55,791 nt of DNA, taken from an uncultured Eubacteriales bacterium. Lineage in GTDB: Bacteria; Bacillota; Clostridia; Oscillospirales; Oscillospiraceae. A program made the position numbers and the translations under genes. Positions 45,240 to 53,562 of this stretch are shown piece after piece. The notes under the pieces are model-generated. The model was given only the letters and a program-made list of their open reading frames with translations. It searched no databases and had not been told where the DNA came from. Position 1 is the stretch's first letter; each line of letters begins with the position of its first letter. The DNA is taken from contig ONGN01000001.1 in the NCBI GenBank assembly GCA_900317385.1, positions 1-55,791 on the forward strand, given 5' to 3'.

Positions 45240-45909
45240 ATAAAAAAGAGGAGGCACGGAAAGTAAATCTTACGGCTTAGGTCGGGCTGGATTTCCCCTC
45301 AGGCTGCCCCTCGTTGCCGATGAGGCGGTTTCCCTTTAAAGCCTGATCCGCCGCGTTGCCGACGGCGTTGCCCGATTGCCACTTAGTCCGCACTGCAATC
45401 CTTTCCGTGCCCGTCCGGTTATACGGACGACAGCCTAGGTGTTTTCCACGGCGAAACGAGCCATCTCTTTAGCCTCTTTTGCAGGAAATATTTCAGGGGG
45501 ATATCGCCCGGTTCCCTGGCCGGGGAAACGGGCGCGTGGCTCTCCCATCCGCAGATCCCACTCAAGGCAGGCTACGCTGCACACAGCACTCGGTAAAAAA
45601 AATGCCTTTGTAACGCACCGCATTGCAGGTTCATCCCCGGTCCGTAAAAGGATCGATTACCGCTAAGGGAGTACGTCCTTCCACAGAGTCGGGTCTCCAC
45701 ACCCACTGGGTCGGGGTCCCAATGCCATTCGGGGCCGCCCAATAAGATGCAGGCTAAGCCGGGGCTCCGGCTAAGACCTCCCTCCAGCACCCACCCGGAA
45801 CTGGGCGTTCCAAGCAGACACAAGAGGCTTCATAGATATGCCCTTTAAAGGATTTTTAGGCCCTTCCTTGGAGATGGCAGCTTCGACTAAGGATACTGCT
45901 CCGTCGTGA
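45240..45909 (-). ncRNA. ole: OLE (ornate, large, extremophilic) RNA candidate
   Basis: A ~670-nt non-coding stretch between ispA and the oapA-like gene; the only ORF-track entries here are short, overlapping and RBS-less.
- Hairpins read from the sequence: 45412-45429 (6 bp), 45506-45533 (11 bp, 1 mismatch), 45754-45775.
- Three CGGCAACG / CGGGCAACG GNRA-type hairpins at 45312-45374.
- An 11-bp long-range helix pairs GGCACGGAAAG (45401-45411) with CUUUCCGUGCC (45253-45263).
- The ends are approximate. Confidence 0.75.
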
Positions 45910-45915
45910 ATATTC

Positions 45916-45944
45916 ATTATATACAATCTTTATTCATTTTTCAA
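45916..45944 (-). promoter_or_regulatory. Near-consensus sigma-A promoter immediately upstream of the OLE RNA
   Basis: The - strand reads TTGAAA (45939-45944, overlapping the ispA TGA stop), a 17-nt spacer, then TATAAT (45916-45921). Confidence 0.5.
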
Positions 45945-46831
45945 GAGCTTCTTTTTGCAAGCTCGTCCGCAAGCTCGAAAAGGAACGCGGCGTCACCCGC
46001 CCAGCTCGCTTTTCCAAGAGCAGCCTTCGCCCTTTCCGTGTATTCTCTCACGAGCTCGGCGCACTTTTCCGCGCCGAGGATGGACATATAGGTCGCCTTG
46101 CCGTTCGCAAGGTCGCTGCCGACAGGCTTTCCGAGCTCTGAATCGGTGCTCATGGCGTCGAGCATATCGTCCTTTATCTGAAAAGCTCGGCCGAGATTGA
46201 GAGCGTACTCCTCCGCCGCCGAAACGCAGTCTAAGCCGACGGGTCTGTTTCCCTTAGACGCGAGCACGCCGAGGACGCAGGCGGCCCTTAAAAGAGCCCC
46301 GGTCTTTAAATCGTTTATCCGGAGCAGGATCTCCGCCGTCCTCTCAGATTCGGGAATAGTGGTATCCCCGTACTGGCCGAGACACATACCGTGCTCGCCG
46401 GCCGCCTCGGCAAAATAGCGCAGAGCCTCAAGTCCTGCCTCCGGCCTCGAAAACATAAGTCCCGCCTCGGCGGCTGTTCTGAACGCTGCCGACTGAAGGG
46501 CGTCGCCCGCCAGAATTGCCGTACACTCGCCGAAAACCTTGTGGTTCGTCGGCTTTCCGCGCCTTAGATCGTCGTTATCCATCGCGGGAAGATCGTCGTG
46601 GATGAGCGAATAAGTGTGCAGCATCTCGATGGCGCAGCCGAGGCGAAGAGCCTCCTCCGCCCTGCCGCCCGCTGCCTCGCAGAATTTTATCGTAAGCACG
46701 GGGCGCACCCTTTTGCCGCCGGCGAGAAGGCTGTATCGCATAGCCTCCTCAAGGCCCTGCCGGGTAAACTCCCTTTCAAGAGCCTCCTGGGCGAGGGCTC
46801 TCGCCCCGTCGTATTCATCTCTGAAGCTCAT
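45941..46831 (-). CDS. ispA: Farnesyl/geranylgeranyl diphosphate synthase (polyprenyl synthetase)
   Basis: 296 aa with the first Asp-rich motif LIHDDLPAMDNDDLRRG and the second, QIKDDMLD. Confidence 0.93.
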   Translation of the reverse strand: MSFRDEYDGARALAQEALEREFTRQGLEEAMRYSLLAGGKRVRPVLTIKFCEAAGGRAEEALRLGCAIEMLHTYSLIHDDLPAMDNDDLRRGKPTNHKVFGECTAILAGDALQSAAFRTAAEAGLMFSRPEAGLEALRYFAEAAGEHGMCLGQYGDTTIPESERTAEILLRINDLKTGALLRAACVLGVLASKGNRPVGLDCVSAAEEYALNLGRAFQIKDDMLDAMSTDSELGKPVGSDLANGKATYMSILGAEKCAELVREYTERAKAALGKASWAGDAAFLFELADELAKRSS

Positions 46832-46832
46832 A

Positions 46833-47072
46833 TCATTCTATCGTATCGAAGGGAAGCTCGACGGGCTCTCCGTCCTCGCCCTTTTGGAGCTTTACTACCC
46901 TCTGCTCGGCCTCATTAAGAAGAGTGCCGCAGCTTTTTATAAGCGAGGTGCCCTCCTCGAAAAGCGAAAGTGCCTCCTCGAGCGGCCTGTCGCCCTTCTC
47001 AAGGGCGCGGACTATCTCCTCTATTCTCGCCATCTGCTGCTCAAAACCTTGATTGTTTTTCTTTTCAGCCAT
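46833..47072 (-). CDS. xseB: Exodeoxyribonuclease VII small subunit
   Basis: 79 aa. FEQQMARIEEIVRALEKGDRPLEEALSLFEEG is typical. Confidence 0.92.
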   Translation of the reverse strand: MAEKKNNQGFEQQMARIEEIVRALEKGDRPLEEALSLFEEGTSLIKSCGTLLNEAEQRVVKLQKGEDGEPVELPFDTIE

Positions 47073-47082
47073 TTTCTCTCCC

Positions 47083-48273
47083 TCACTTTACAATGCAGTC
47101 TATCGTATCGTCCCTGAGCTTTACCAGTATATCGTCGCCGCTTTTTACGTCGCTCGCCGTTCTTATGACCTTGCCGTCAGCCTTAGCGGCGATCGCATAT
47201 CCTCTTCCCAAAACCTTGAGCGGGCTCATGGCGTCGAGCTTTCCGGCAAACTCCGCGTATTTTCTCCGCTCTGAGTGGAGCATCGAGGACGCGGCGGCGG
47301 CGAGCCGCGTTTTAAGATGGTCTATCCGCAGTCTTCTGTCCTCAACGAGGTTTTTCGGATCCTGCAGCACCCGCTTTTCCTCAAGCGATTTAAGCCTCGA
47401 CTTCATGGAGGCAAGCTGATTTGCGACGGCGGCAAAGCTTCGCATCCCGGCTGAATCGAGGTATTCCATAAGCTCCGAGGCGTCCGGCGCGCAGAGCTCG
47501 GCCCCGTTCGACGGGGTCGCCGCTCTGAGATCGGCGACGAAATCCGAGATGGTAACGTCCGGCTCGTGCCCTACGGCGGATATTACCGGAGTATTGCAGT
47601 CGTATATCGCGCGGGCGACTCTCTCATCGTTAAAGCACCATAGGTCCTCCATGCTGCCGCCGCCGCGGCCTACGATGAGCACGTCGGCGATATTATGGCG
47701 GTCGGCGTATCTTATAGCCCCGGCTATCTCGGGCGGGGCTTCCACGCCCTGGACTCTCACGGGCAGAAGAAGTATCTTCGCGACAGGCCAGCGCTTTCTC
47801 AAGACCCTGATTATATCGTGGACGGCGGCTCCTGCCGAGCTTGTGACCACGCCTACGCGCATCGGGTAGCGCGGTATCGGCTTCTTATGCTTCTTATCGA
47901 AAAGCCCCTCCTTCAGGAGCTTTTCCTTCAGCTGCTCAAAGGCGATAGCAAGGTCGCCGACCCCGTCCGGCGTGAGCGAGGTTGCGTAGAGCTGGTAGGC
48001 TCCGTCCCTCGTATAAACGGCGACTCTGCCCGTGCAGATGACCTTCATCCCGCTCTCGGGGCGGAACCTGAGCCCGGAGGCCGAGCCACGGAACATCACG
48101 CAGCGGATCGCGCTCTCCTCGTCCTTTATGGAAAAGTAGTGATGCCCCGAGGGGTAGACCTTATAGTTTGAGAGCTCGCCGCGAACGGCGACGTTTGAAA
48201 GAAACCTGTCGGACTCCACGAGGCCCTTTACGTATTCATTAAGCTGGGTAACGGAGAGTATTTTATCATCCAT
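47083..48273 (-). CDS. xseA: Exodeoxyribonuclease VII large subunit
   Basis: 396 aa with an OB-fold N-terminus (VRGELSNYKVYPSGHHYFSIKD) and a catalytic core with RGGGS.EDL. Confidence 0.95.
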   Translation of the reverse strand: MDDKILSVTQLNEYVKGLVESDRFLSNVAVRGELSNYKVYPSGHHYFSIKDEESAIRCVMFRGSASGLRFRPESGMKVICTGRVAVYTRDGAYQLYATSLTPDGVGDLAIAFEQLKEKLLKEGLFDKKHKKPIPRYPMRVGVVTSSAGAAVHDIIRVLRKRWPVAKILLLPVRVQGVEAPPEIAGAIRYADRHNIADVLIVGRGGGSMEDLWCFNDERVARAIYDCNTPVISAVGHEPDVTISDFVADLRAATPSNGAELCAPDASELMEYLDSAGMRSFAAVANQLASMKSRLKSLEEKRVLQDPKNLVEDRRLRIDHLKTRLAAAASSMLHSERRKYAEFAGKLDAMSPLKVLGRGYAIAAKADGKVIRTASDVKSGDDILVKLRDDTIDCIVK

Positions 48274-49180
48274 TTTCCGCTATGCTCCTGTAGGTAAGAA
48301 TAGCCGTTCCCATGGCGTTGTCGGTTGAAAATCTCGGCTCGGCAAATATCCCCTCCGGCGTCAGCTCGCGCAGAAGCGAGTTTGAAGCGACGCCGCCGGA
48401 GAAAAGGACGGGCAAGTCCCCGTAGACCTTCTTGGCGTTCTCGGTAACCCTGCCTACCGTCCATATCATCGAGGCAAGGGTGAAGTAAGCCGCGTTCTCC
48501 TTCGAGGCGCCGGAATCAATGAGGGCGTGCATCTTGTGCTCAACGCCCGAAAGGGAAAAATGCGTTCCGTTTATCTTCGGCTTATACAGATCTTTTACGT
48601 TTGCGGCTTTGGAGAGGGCGTCGAGCTCGCGCCCCGACGGGAACTGAAGGCCGAGAGCCTGACCCGCCCTGTCAATGAGCTGCCCCGCGGAAACGTCATC
48701 CGTCCCGCCGATTATCTCGCATCTTACCGCCACTCCCTCCGGGCGGACGTAAAGCAGCTCGGTAGTGCCGCCGGAGAGGTGCCAGGCAAGGTGCTCTCTC
48801 TCCAACAGGTCCAGTCGCCCCGCGGACCATGCCGCCGCCGCGATATGACCCTGCTGATGGGAGAAGCCGAAGTACGGCACTCCGAGCGCAAAAGCCGCGG
48901 TCTTTGCCGAGCATACCCCCGCGAGGAAGCAGGGCATATAGCTGTCCTCCGTCTCTCTCGGCTTTTCGGATGCTCCCACGGCGGCTATATCGCCGATTTC
49001 TCCGAGGGCGGCTATTATGTCCGGAAGGCGCTTAACGTGAGAAAAGAGCGCCTCAGACTGGCGAAGGCCCAGTTCCCCGAGCTTTACGTCCAACAGGCGC
49101 CCTGAATTTTCTCCCTTATTGCCATCGAACCATGCCGCCGAGGTGGTGTAGTTGGAAGTATCGAAGGCTAAGGCTTTCAC
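48266..49180 (-). CDS. Divergent Kae1/TsaD-like (peptidase M22 family) protein
   Basis: 304 aa. Family-like blocks SHQQGHI (HxxGH), SGGTTELL, GQLIDRAGQALGLQFPSG, GGVASNSLLR and STDNAMG, but clearly divergent from canonical TsaD. It overlaps both xseA and nusB. Confidence 0.7.
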   Translation of the reverse strand: MKALAFDTSNYTTSAAWFDGNKGENSGRLLDVKLGELGLRQSEALFSHVKRLPDIIAALGEIGDIAAVGASEKPRETEDSYMPCFLAGVCSAKTAAFALGVPYFGFSHQQGHIAAAAWSAGRLDLLEREHLAWHLSGGTTELLYVRPEGVAVRCEIIGGTDDVSAGQLIDRAGQALGLQFPSGRELDALSKAANVKDLYKPKINGTHFSLSGVEHKMHALIDSGASKENAAYFTLASMIWTVGRVTENAKKVYGDLPVLFSGGVASNSLLRELTPEGIFAEPRFSTDNAMGTAILTYRSIAENG

Positions 49181-49629
49181 AGTCCCTCAAGCTCCTCTCT
49201 GACGAAGGAACCGAGGATCCCGTTTATGAAAGCGACGGTCTCCGGCACGTCGTATTTCTTCGCTATCTCGACCGCCTCGTTGATCGAGGCTCCGTTCGGT
49301 ATCTCAGGCATATACATCGTCTCGAACATAGAGACCTTCATTACCGCGAGGGCGGTGCGGGAAATTCTCCCGAAGCTCCAGCCCTTTGAGTATTTGGCGA
49401 CGTAGCCGTCGAGCTCCGCGTTATGCGCGCCGACGCCCCTTATCACCGTTTCGATGTAGTCCTTCTGATCGCCGTCCGGGTATTCCGAAAAGAGGCTGTC
49501 CTCCTCCCTGAGCGAGTCGTAATGCTCCCTGTCAAAGAAGTTTTCAAGCACTTCCTCGGCGGTGCATTCCCGCGCGGAGATCTCGAAGGCGAGCCTTACT
49601 GCTATCTCTCTTGCCGTTGAGCGGTTCAT
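49177..49629 (-). CDS. nusB: Transcription antitermination factor NusB
   Basis: 150 aa with the RSTAREIAVRLAFE N-terminus and the family-typical EAVEIAKKY...FINGILG. Confidence 0.93.
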   Translation of the reverse strand: MNRSTAREIAVRLAFEISARECTAEEVLENFFDREHYDSLREEDSLFSEYPDGDQKDYIETVIRGVGAHNAELDGYVAKYSKGWSFGRISRTALAVMKVSMFETMYMPEIPNGASINEAVEIAKKYDVPETVAFINGILGSFVREELEGL

Positions 49630-49642
49630 ATTCCCTCCGTGC

Positions 49643-49993
49643 TTAAAGCTGAACGCCGAGTATCTGGACGTTTACCTCGCTCACCTTCGCGCCGGTAACG
49701 CCCTCGAGAGCGGACTTGACAGCGTCCTGCACGGCGGTGCCGACCTTGTGAACGGCGGTGTTTCTCTTCACCATTATGCCGAGCTCAACGGCAACGTCCT
49801 CGCCGTTGTTTATAACGCGGACGCCGCGTGAAGCGGGCTTCTTGCCCCAGATCTCGCCGTTGTCGCGGCCGAGAGAGGCTACGCCGTCGACGTCCCTTGC
49901 GGCGTTTGCCGCGACAGTGGCGATAACGTCCTCCGAGATATTGATATTGCCCTTGTCGCCGGGCAGTGTGAAGTATTCCTTGTTGTCAGCCAT
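49643..49993 (-). CDS. Asp23/Gls24-family envelope stress protein
   Basis: ISEDVIATVAANAARDVDGVASL and the C-terminal VNVQILGV are typical. The ORF opens at 50041, but ATG 49993 (MADNKEY) has GGAG upstream. Confidence 0.88.
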   Translation of the reverse strand: MADNKEYFTLPGDKGNINISEDVIATVAANAARDVDGVASLGRDNGEIWGKKPASRGVRVINNGEDVAVELGIMVKRNTAVHKVGTAVQDAVKSALEGVTGAKVSEVNVQILGVQL

Positions 49994-50052
49994 TTTTATC
50001 ACTCCATACGATATTTTTTTGAAAAATCCACAAACTTCCACTATTGAGAAGT

Positions 50053-50061
50053 ATTATACCA
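50053..50061 (-). promoter_or_regulatory. Extended -10 promoter element upstream of asp23-nusB
   Basis: The - strand reads TGGTATAAT. The -35 region is T-rich only. It would start the asp23-to-recN gene train. Confidence 0.4.
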
Positions 50062-50113
50062 CACGAAATAAAAAAAAGGAAGAGGGAATATCCCCGTTTT
50101 TGAATATATGACT

Positions 50114-50139
50114 TGAGAGCCCGCTTCCGCGGGCTCTCA
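50114..50139 (-). terminator. GC-rich hairpin after the kinase gene (no clear U-tract)
   Basis: 11-bp stem TGAGAGCCCGC / GCGGGCTCTCA with a 4-nt loop, 10 nt after the stop codon. Confidence 0.45.
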
Positions 50140-50148
50140 TTTAAAGCG

Positions 50149-50886
50149 TCAGTATTCAACTACGCTTGCCCAGCTTAAGAGGAATTCCCGCTCCTCGGGG
50201 TTTCCCTTTACCGACTGGGAGGCGGCGACGATCGGCATCCACTTCTGAACGTAGGGCTTTGCGGTATGGCTCTTGAAGCAGAATTTATCGAGATACTTTT
50301 CCGCAAGGTCGAACTTCTCCGCAAGATAGAACAGAAGATAGGTCCTCGCGGCGTCGGCGGAGGCGTTGCCCTGGGTGGCGTGGCTCCAGTCGATGATAAA
50401 CATCTCTCCGTCCGGCCTGACGATGATATTCGACGGGTTGAAATCGCCGTGGCAGAGCTTCGCGTGGGTGGGAAGCCCGTTTAAGCGCATCTCAAGGTCG
50501 TATCTCGTGGTGTCGTCGAGATCGGCCTCCTTCAGCTTTCGCGCCATCTTGTCCTTGAGCTTTCCGAGGCTCGGGCATCTCTCCGCGTGCATTTTAAGCT
50601 GGAGGTCGATAAAGTCGTTCAGGTACTCATCCAGCTTATCGGGGTTCTCCTCCATGAGCTGAGCGAGGGTCTTGCCCTCAATGAAATCGTACTCTATCGC
50701 CCAGCGCCCGTCGATCGTGGTAACTCCGCGAAGGCGGGGGATGTTCAGGCCCGTCTCCTCTACCCTCGCCTGATTAAGGGCCTCGTTCAGGATATCGGCC
50801 TTGGAAAAGCTCGCGTCAAAGGTCTTGATGCAGCGGTCTCCGTCGCGGTAAACTGTCTTTCTCGGTCTCTCTGCGATAATAACCAT
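50149..50886 (-). CDS. Aminoglycoside/choline-kinase-like phosphotransferase family protein
   Basis: 245 aa with HGDFNPSNIIV (HxDxxxxN catalytic loop) and IIDWSHA. It starts 1 nt after the adhE stop. Confidence 0.75.
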   Translation of the reverse strand: MVIIAERPRKTVYRDGDRCIKTFDASFSKADILNEALNQARVEETGLNIPRLRGVTTIDGRWAIEYDFIEGKTLAQLMEENPDKLDEYLNDFIDLQLKMHAERCPSLGKLKDKMARKLKEADLDDTTRYDLEMRLNGLPTHAKLCHGDFNPSNIIVRPDGEMFIIDWSHATQGNASADAARTYLLFYLAEKFDLAEKYLDKFCFKSHTAKPYVQKWMPIVAASQSVKGNPEEREFLLSWASVVEY

Positions 50887-50887
50887 T

Positions 50888-53506
50888 TTACACCTCCGTA
50901 TGCTTTCCGTAATACGCGTTAAGGTACATCTGCTTAAGCTCGCTCATGAGCGGATAGCGGGGATTCGCCCCGGTGCACTGGTCGTCAAAGGCATTTTCCG
51001 TCATCTCGTCGAGGGTGGAGAGGAAGGCCTCCTCAGTTACTCCGTAATCGGCTATCGTCTTCTTAATGCCGACTCTCTCCTTGAGCTCGTCAATCGCCTT
51101 AATGAGGTTTTCAAGCTTCTCTGAGTCGTCCTTTCCGCCGAGTCCGAGATAGTCTGCTATCTCGGCGTACCTTGCAAGGGTGTGCGGGTGGTCGTACTGC
51201 GGGAAGGTGCCCATCTTGGTCGGCACCTCGGCCGCGTTGAAGCGGAGCACCTCGTCGATGAGGAGGGCGTTCGCGATACCGTGGGCTATATGGTGGAAGG
51301 CGCCGAGCTTGTGCGCCATGGAGTGGCATACTCCGAGGAAGGCGTTGGCGAACGCCATACCGGCGAGAGTAGCGGCGGAGGCCATCTTCTCCCTCGCAAC
51401 GGCGTCGGTAAGTCCGTTATCGTAAGCTCTCGGCAGGTACTCGAATATCACCTTCAGGGCTCTTAAGGCAAGGCCGTCGGTATAATCGGTCGCCATCATG
51501 CTGGCGTAGGCCTCGAGGGCGTGGGTAACGGCGTCGATACCGGAGGCGGCTGTCAGTCCCTTCGGCGCCGTCATATGCATATCTGCGTCTATTATCGCCA
51601 TATCGGGCAGGAGCTCGTAGTCGGCAAGCGGATACTTGACTCCGCTCTCCTCGTCGGTTATGACGGCGAAGGGCGTTACCTCGCTTCCCGTACCCGCCGA
51701 GGTGGAAATGGCGACGAAATAAGCCTTGTCGCCCATATGCGGGAAGGTGTATATCCTTTTTCTTATATCGGAGAAGCGCATCGCCATATCGGCAAAGTCG
51801 GCGTCCGGATGCTCGTAGAGCACCCACATTATCTTGCCCGCGTCCATGGCCGAGCCGCCGCCGAAGGCGATGATAACGTCCGGCTCGAAGGAAGCCATAA
51901 GCTTCGCTCCCTCCTTCGCGCAGCGGAGCGTGGGGTCCGGCTCCACGTTGTAGAACGTGGTGTGGGTTATTCCGAGCTCGTCGAGCTTATCGGTTATGGG
52001 CTTCGTATAGCCAGCCTTGTAAAGGAAGCTGTCGGTAACGATAAACGCCTTCTTCTTGCCGAGGACCTTTCCCAGCTCGTCAAGGGCGACGGGCAGGCAG
52101 CCCTTCTTGAAGTAGACCTTATCGGGCGCGCGGAACCAAAGCATATTCTCTCTCCTCTCGGCAACCGTCTTGATATTAACGAGGTGCTTTACGCTCACGT
52201 TTTCGCTGACGCTGTTTCCGCCCCAGCTTCCGCAGCCGAGGGTGAGCGACGGGGTGAGCTTGAAGTTATACAGATCGCCGATGCCGCCCTGGCTCGCCGG
52301 GGTGTTTACCAGCACGCGGCAGGTCTTCATTCTTGAATAGAACTCCTTGAGATTTTCGGGCTCAACGAGCTCGTTTATATAGATGGAAGACGTATGGCCG
52401 AAGCCGCCGTCGGCGATAAGCCTTTCCGCCTTCTGTACCGCGTCCTCAAAGCTCTTTGCCCTGTACATGGCGAGCACGGGGCTCAGCTTCTCGTGCGCGA
52501 ACGCCTCGGCAAGCTCGACAGACTCGACTTCGCCGATGAGTATCTTCGTGCTCTCGGGTACGCTGACGCCGGCAAGCTCCGCTATCCTGTGCGCCTTCTG
52601 TCCGACTATCTTCGCGTTCACCGTGCCGTTTACGATTATGACCTTGCGTACCTTGTCGGTCTCCTCCGGGCTGAGGAAATAGCAGCCGCGGGCGGCGAAC
52701 TCCGCCTTGACCTTATCGTAGACCCCGTCAAGCGCGATGCAGCTCTGCTCGGATGCGCAGATCATACCGTTATCAAAGGTCTTGGAGTGGATAATGCTGT
52801 TTACCGCGAGGGTGAGATCTGCGCTCTCGGTGATTATAGCGGGGGTGTTTCCCGCTCCTACGCCGACGGCGGGCGTGCCGCTCGAATAAGCGGCGTTCAC
52901 CATTCCGGGGCCGCCCGTCGCGAGGATGAGATCGGCCTCGCGCATAAGGGTGTTCGTCAGCTCAAGGCTGGGCACGTCGATCCAGCCAATGATATCCTCG
53001 GGTGCTCCGGCGGCTACGGCTGCCTCGAGAACGAGCTTTGCGGCGGCTATAGTCGACTTCTTCGCCCTCGGGTGCGGGCTGATGATTATGCCGTTTCTCG
53101 TTTTGAGCGAGACGAGAGTCTTGAATATCGCCGTGCTCGTCGGGTTCGTCGTGGGTATTACGGCGGCGATAACGCCGACGGGCTCGGCTATCTTCTTTAT
53201 GCCGTAGGCCTTATCCTCTTCTATAACGCCGCAGGTCTTCGCGTCCCTGTAAGCGTTGTAGATATACTCGGAGGCAAAGTGGTTTTTTATTACCTTGTCC
53301 TCGACCACGCCCATGCCGGTCTCCTCCACCGCCATCTTCGCAAGCGGTATCCTCGCGCGGTTGGCGGCTACGGCGGCGGCCTTGAATATCTTATCTACCT
53401 CTTCCTGAGAATAGGAGGCGAACTTGCGCTCCGCCGCCCTTACCCTTTCAAGCAGGGCCTCGAAGCTCTCGGCTCCGTCTACGATGGGGTATTTCATTTC
53501 TTCCAT
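50888..53506 (-). CDS. adhE: Bifunctional acetaldehyde-CoA/alcohol dehydrogenase
   Basis: 872 aa. The N-terminal ALDH half has the catalytic Cys context NGMICASEQS. The C-terminal Fe-ADH half has GGGSAMDAGK and a His-rich metal site (HSMAHKLG). Confidence 0.97.
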   Translation of the reverse strand: MEEMKYPIVDGAESFEALLERVRAAERKFASYSQEEVDKIFKAAAVAANRARIPLAKMAVEETGMGVVEDKVIKNHFASEYIYNAYRDAKTCGVIEEDKAYGIKKIAEPVGVIAAVIPTTNPTSTAIFKTLVSLKTRNGIIISPHPRAKKSTIAAAKLVLEAAVAAGAPEDIIGWIDVPSLELTNTLMREADLILATGGPGMVNAAYSSGTPAVGVGAGNTPAIITESADLTLAVNSIIHSKTFDNGMICASEQSCIALDGVYDKVKAEFAARGCYFLSPEETDKVRKVIIVNGTVNAKIVGQKAHRIAELAGVSVPESTKILIGEVESVELAEAFAHEKLSPVLAMYRAKSFEDAVQKAERLIADGGFGHTSSIYINELVEPENLKEFYSRMKTCRVLVNTPASQGGIGDLYNFKLTPSLTLGCGSWGGNSVSENVSVKHLVNIKTVAERRENMLWFRAPDKVYFKKGCLPVALDELGKVLGKKKAFIVTDSFLYKAGYTKPITDKLDELGITHTTFYNVEPDPTLRCAKEGAKLMASFEPDVIIAFGGGSAMDAGKIMWVLYEHPDADFADMAMRFSDIRKRIYTFPHMGDKAYFVAISTSAGTGSEVTPFAVITDEESGVKYPLADYELLPDMAIIDADMHMTAPKGLTAASGIDAVTHALEAYASMMATDYTDGLALRALKVIFEYLPRAYDNGLTDAVAREKMASAATLAGMAFANAFLGVCHSMAHKLGAFHHIAHGIANALLIDEVLRFNAAEVPTKMGTFPQYDHPHTLARYAEIADYLGLGGKDDSEKLENLIKAIDELKERVGIKKTIADYGVTEEAFLSTLDEMTENAFDDQCTGANPRYPLMSELKQMYLNAYYGKHTEV

Positions 53507-53562
53507 AAGCTCATACTCCTTTGGACGGCTGATTGTGGCTTATGACCCCGCCCATTGTTATT

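Noticed and set aside
45435-45823. Short ORFs inside the ispA-oapA gap; alternative identities for the RNA (RNase P RNA, tmRNA, cobalamin riboswitch, group II intron)
   Set aside because: The ORFs overlap one another, lack SDs, and are C/G/R-rich. I could not find the RNase P GAGGAAAGUCC box, a tmRNA tag ORF with a tRNA-like 3' end, or a B12 box with a downstream transport or biosynthesis gene. I also found no intron-encoded protein or domain V-like hairpin. The ispA/oapA/dxs context fits OLE much better.
51521-53545. 271-aa and 383-aa + strand ORFs opposite adhE
   Set aside because: They are antisense artefacts. The - strand encodes a full-length AdhE with both catalytic signatures.
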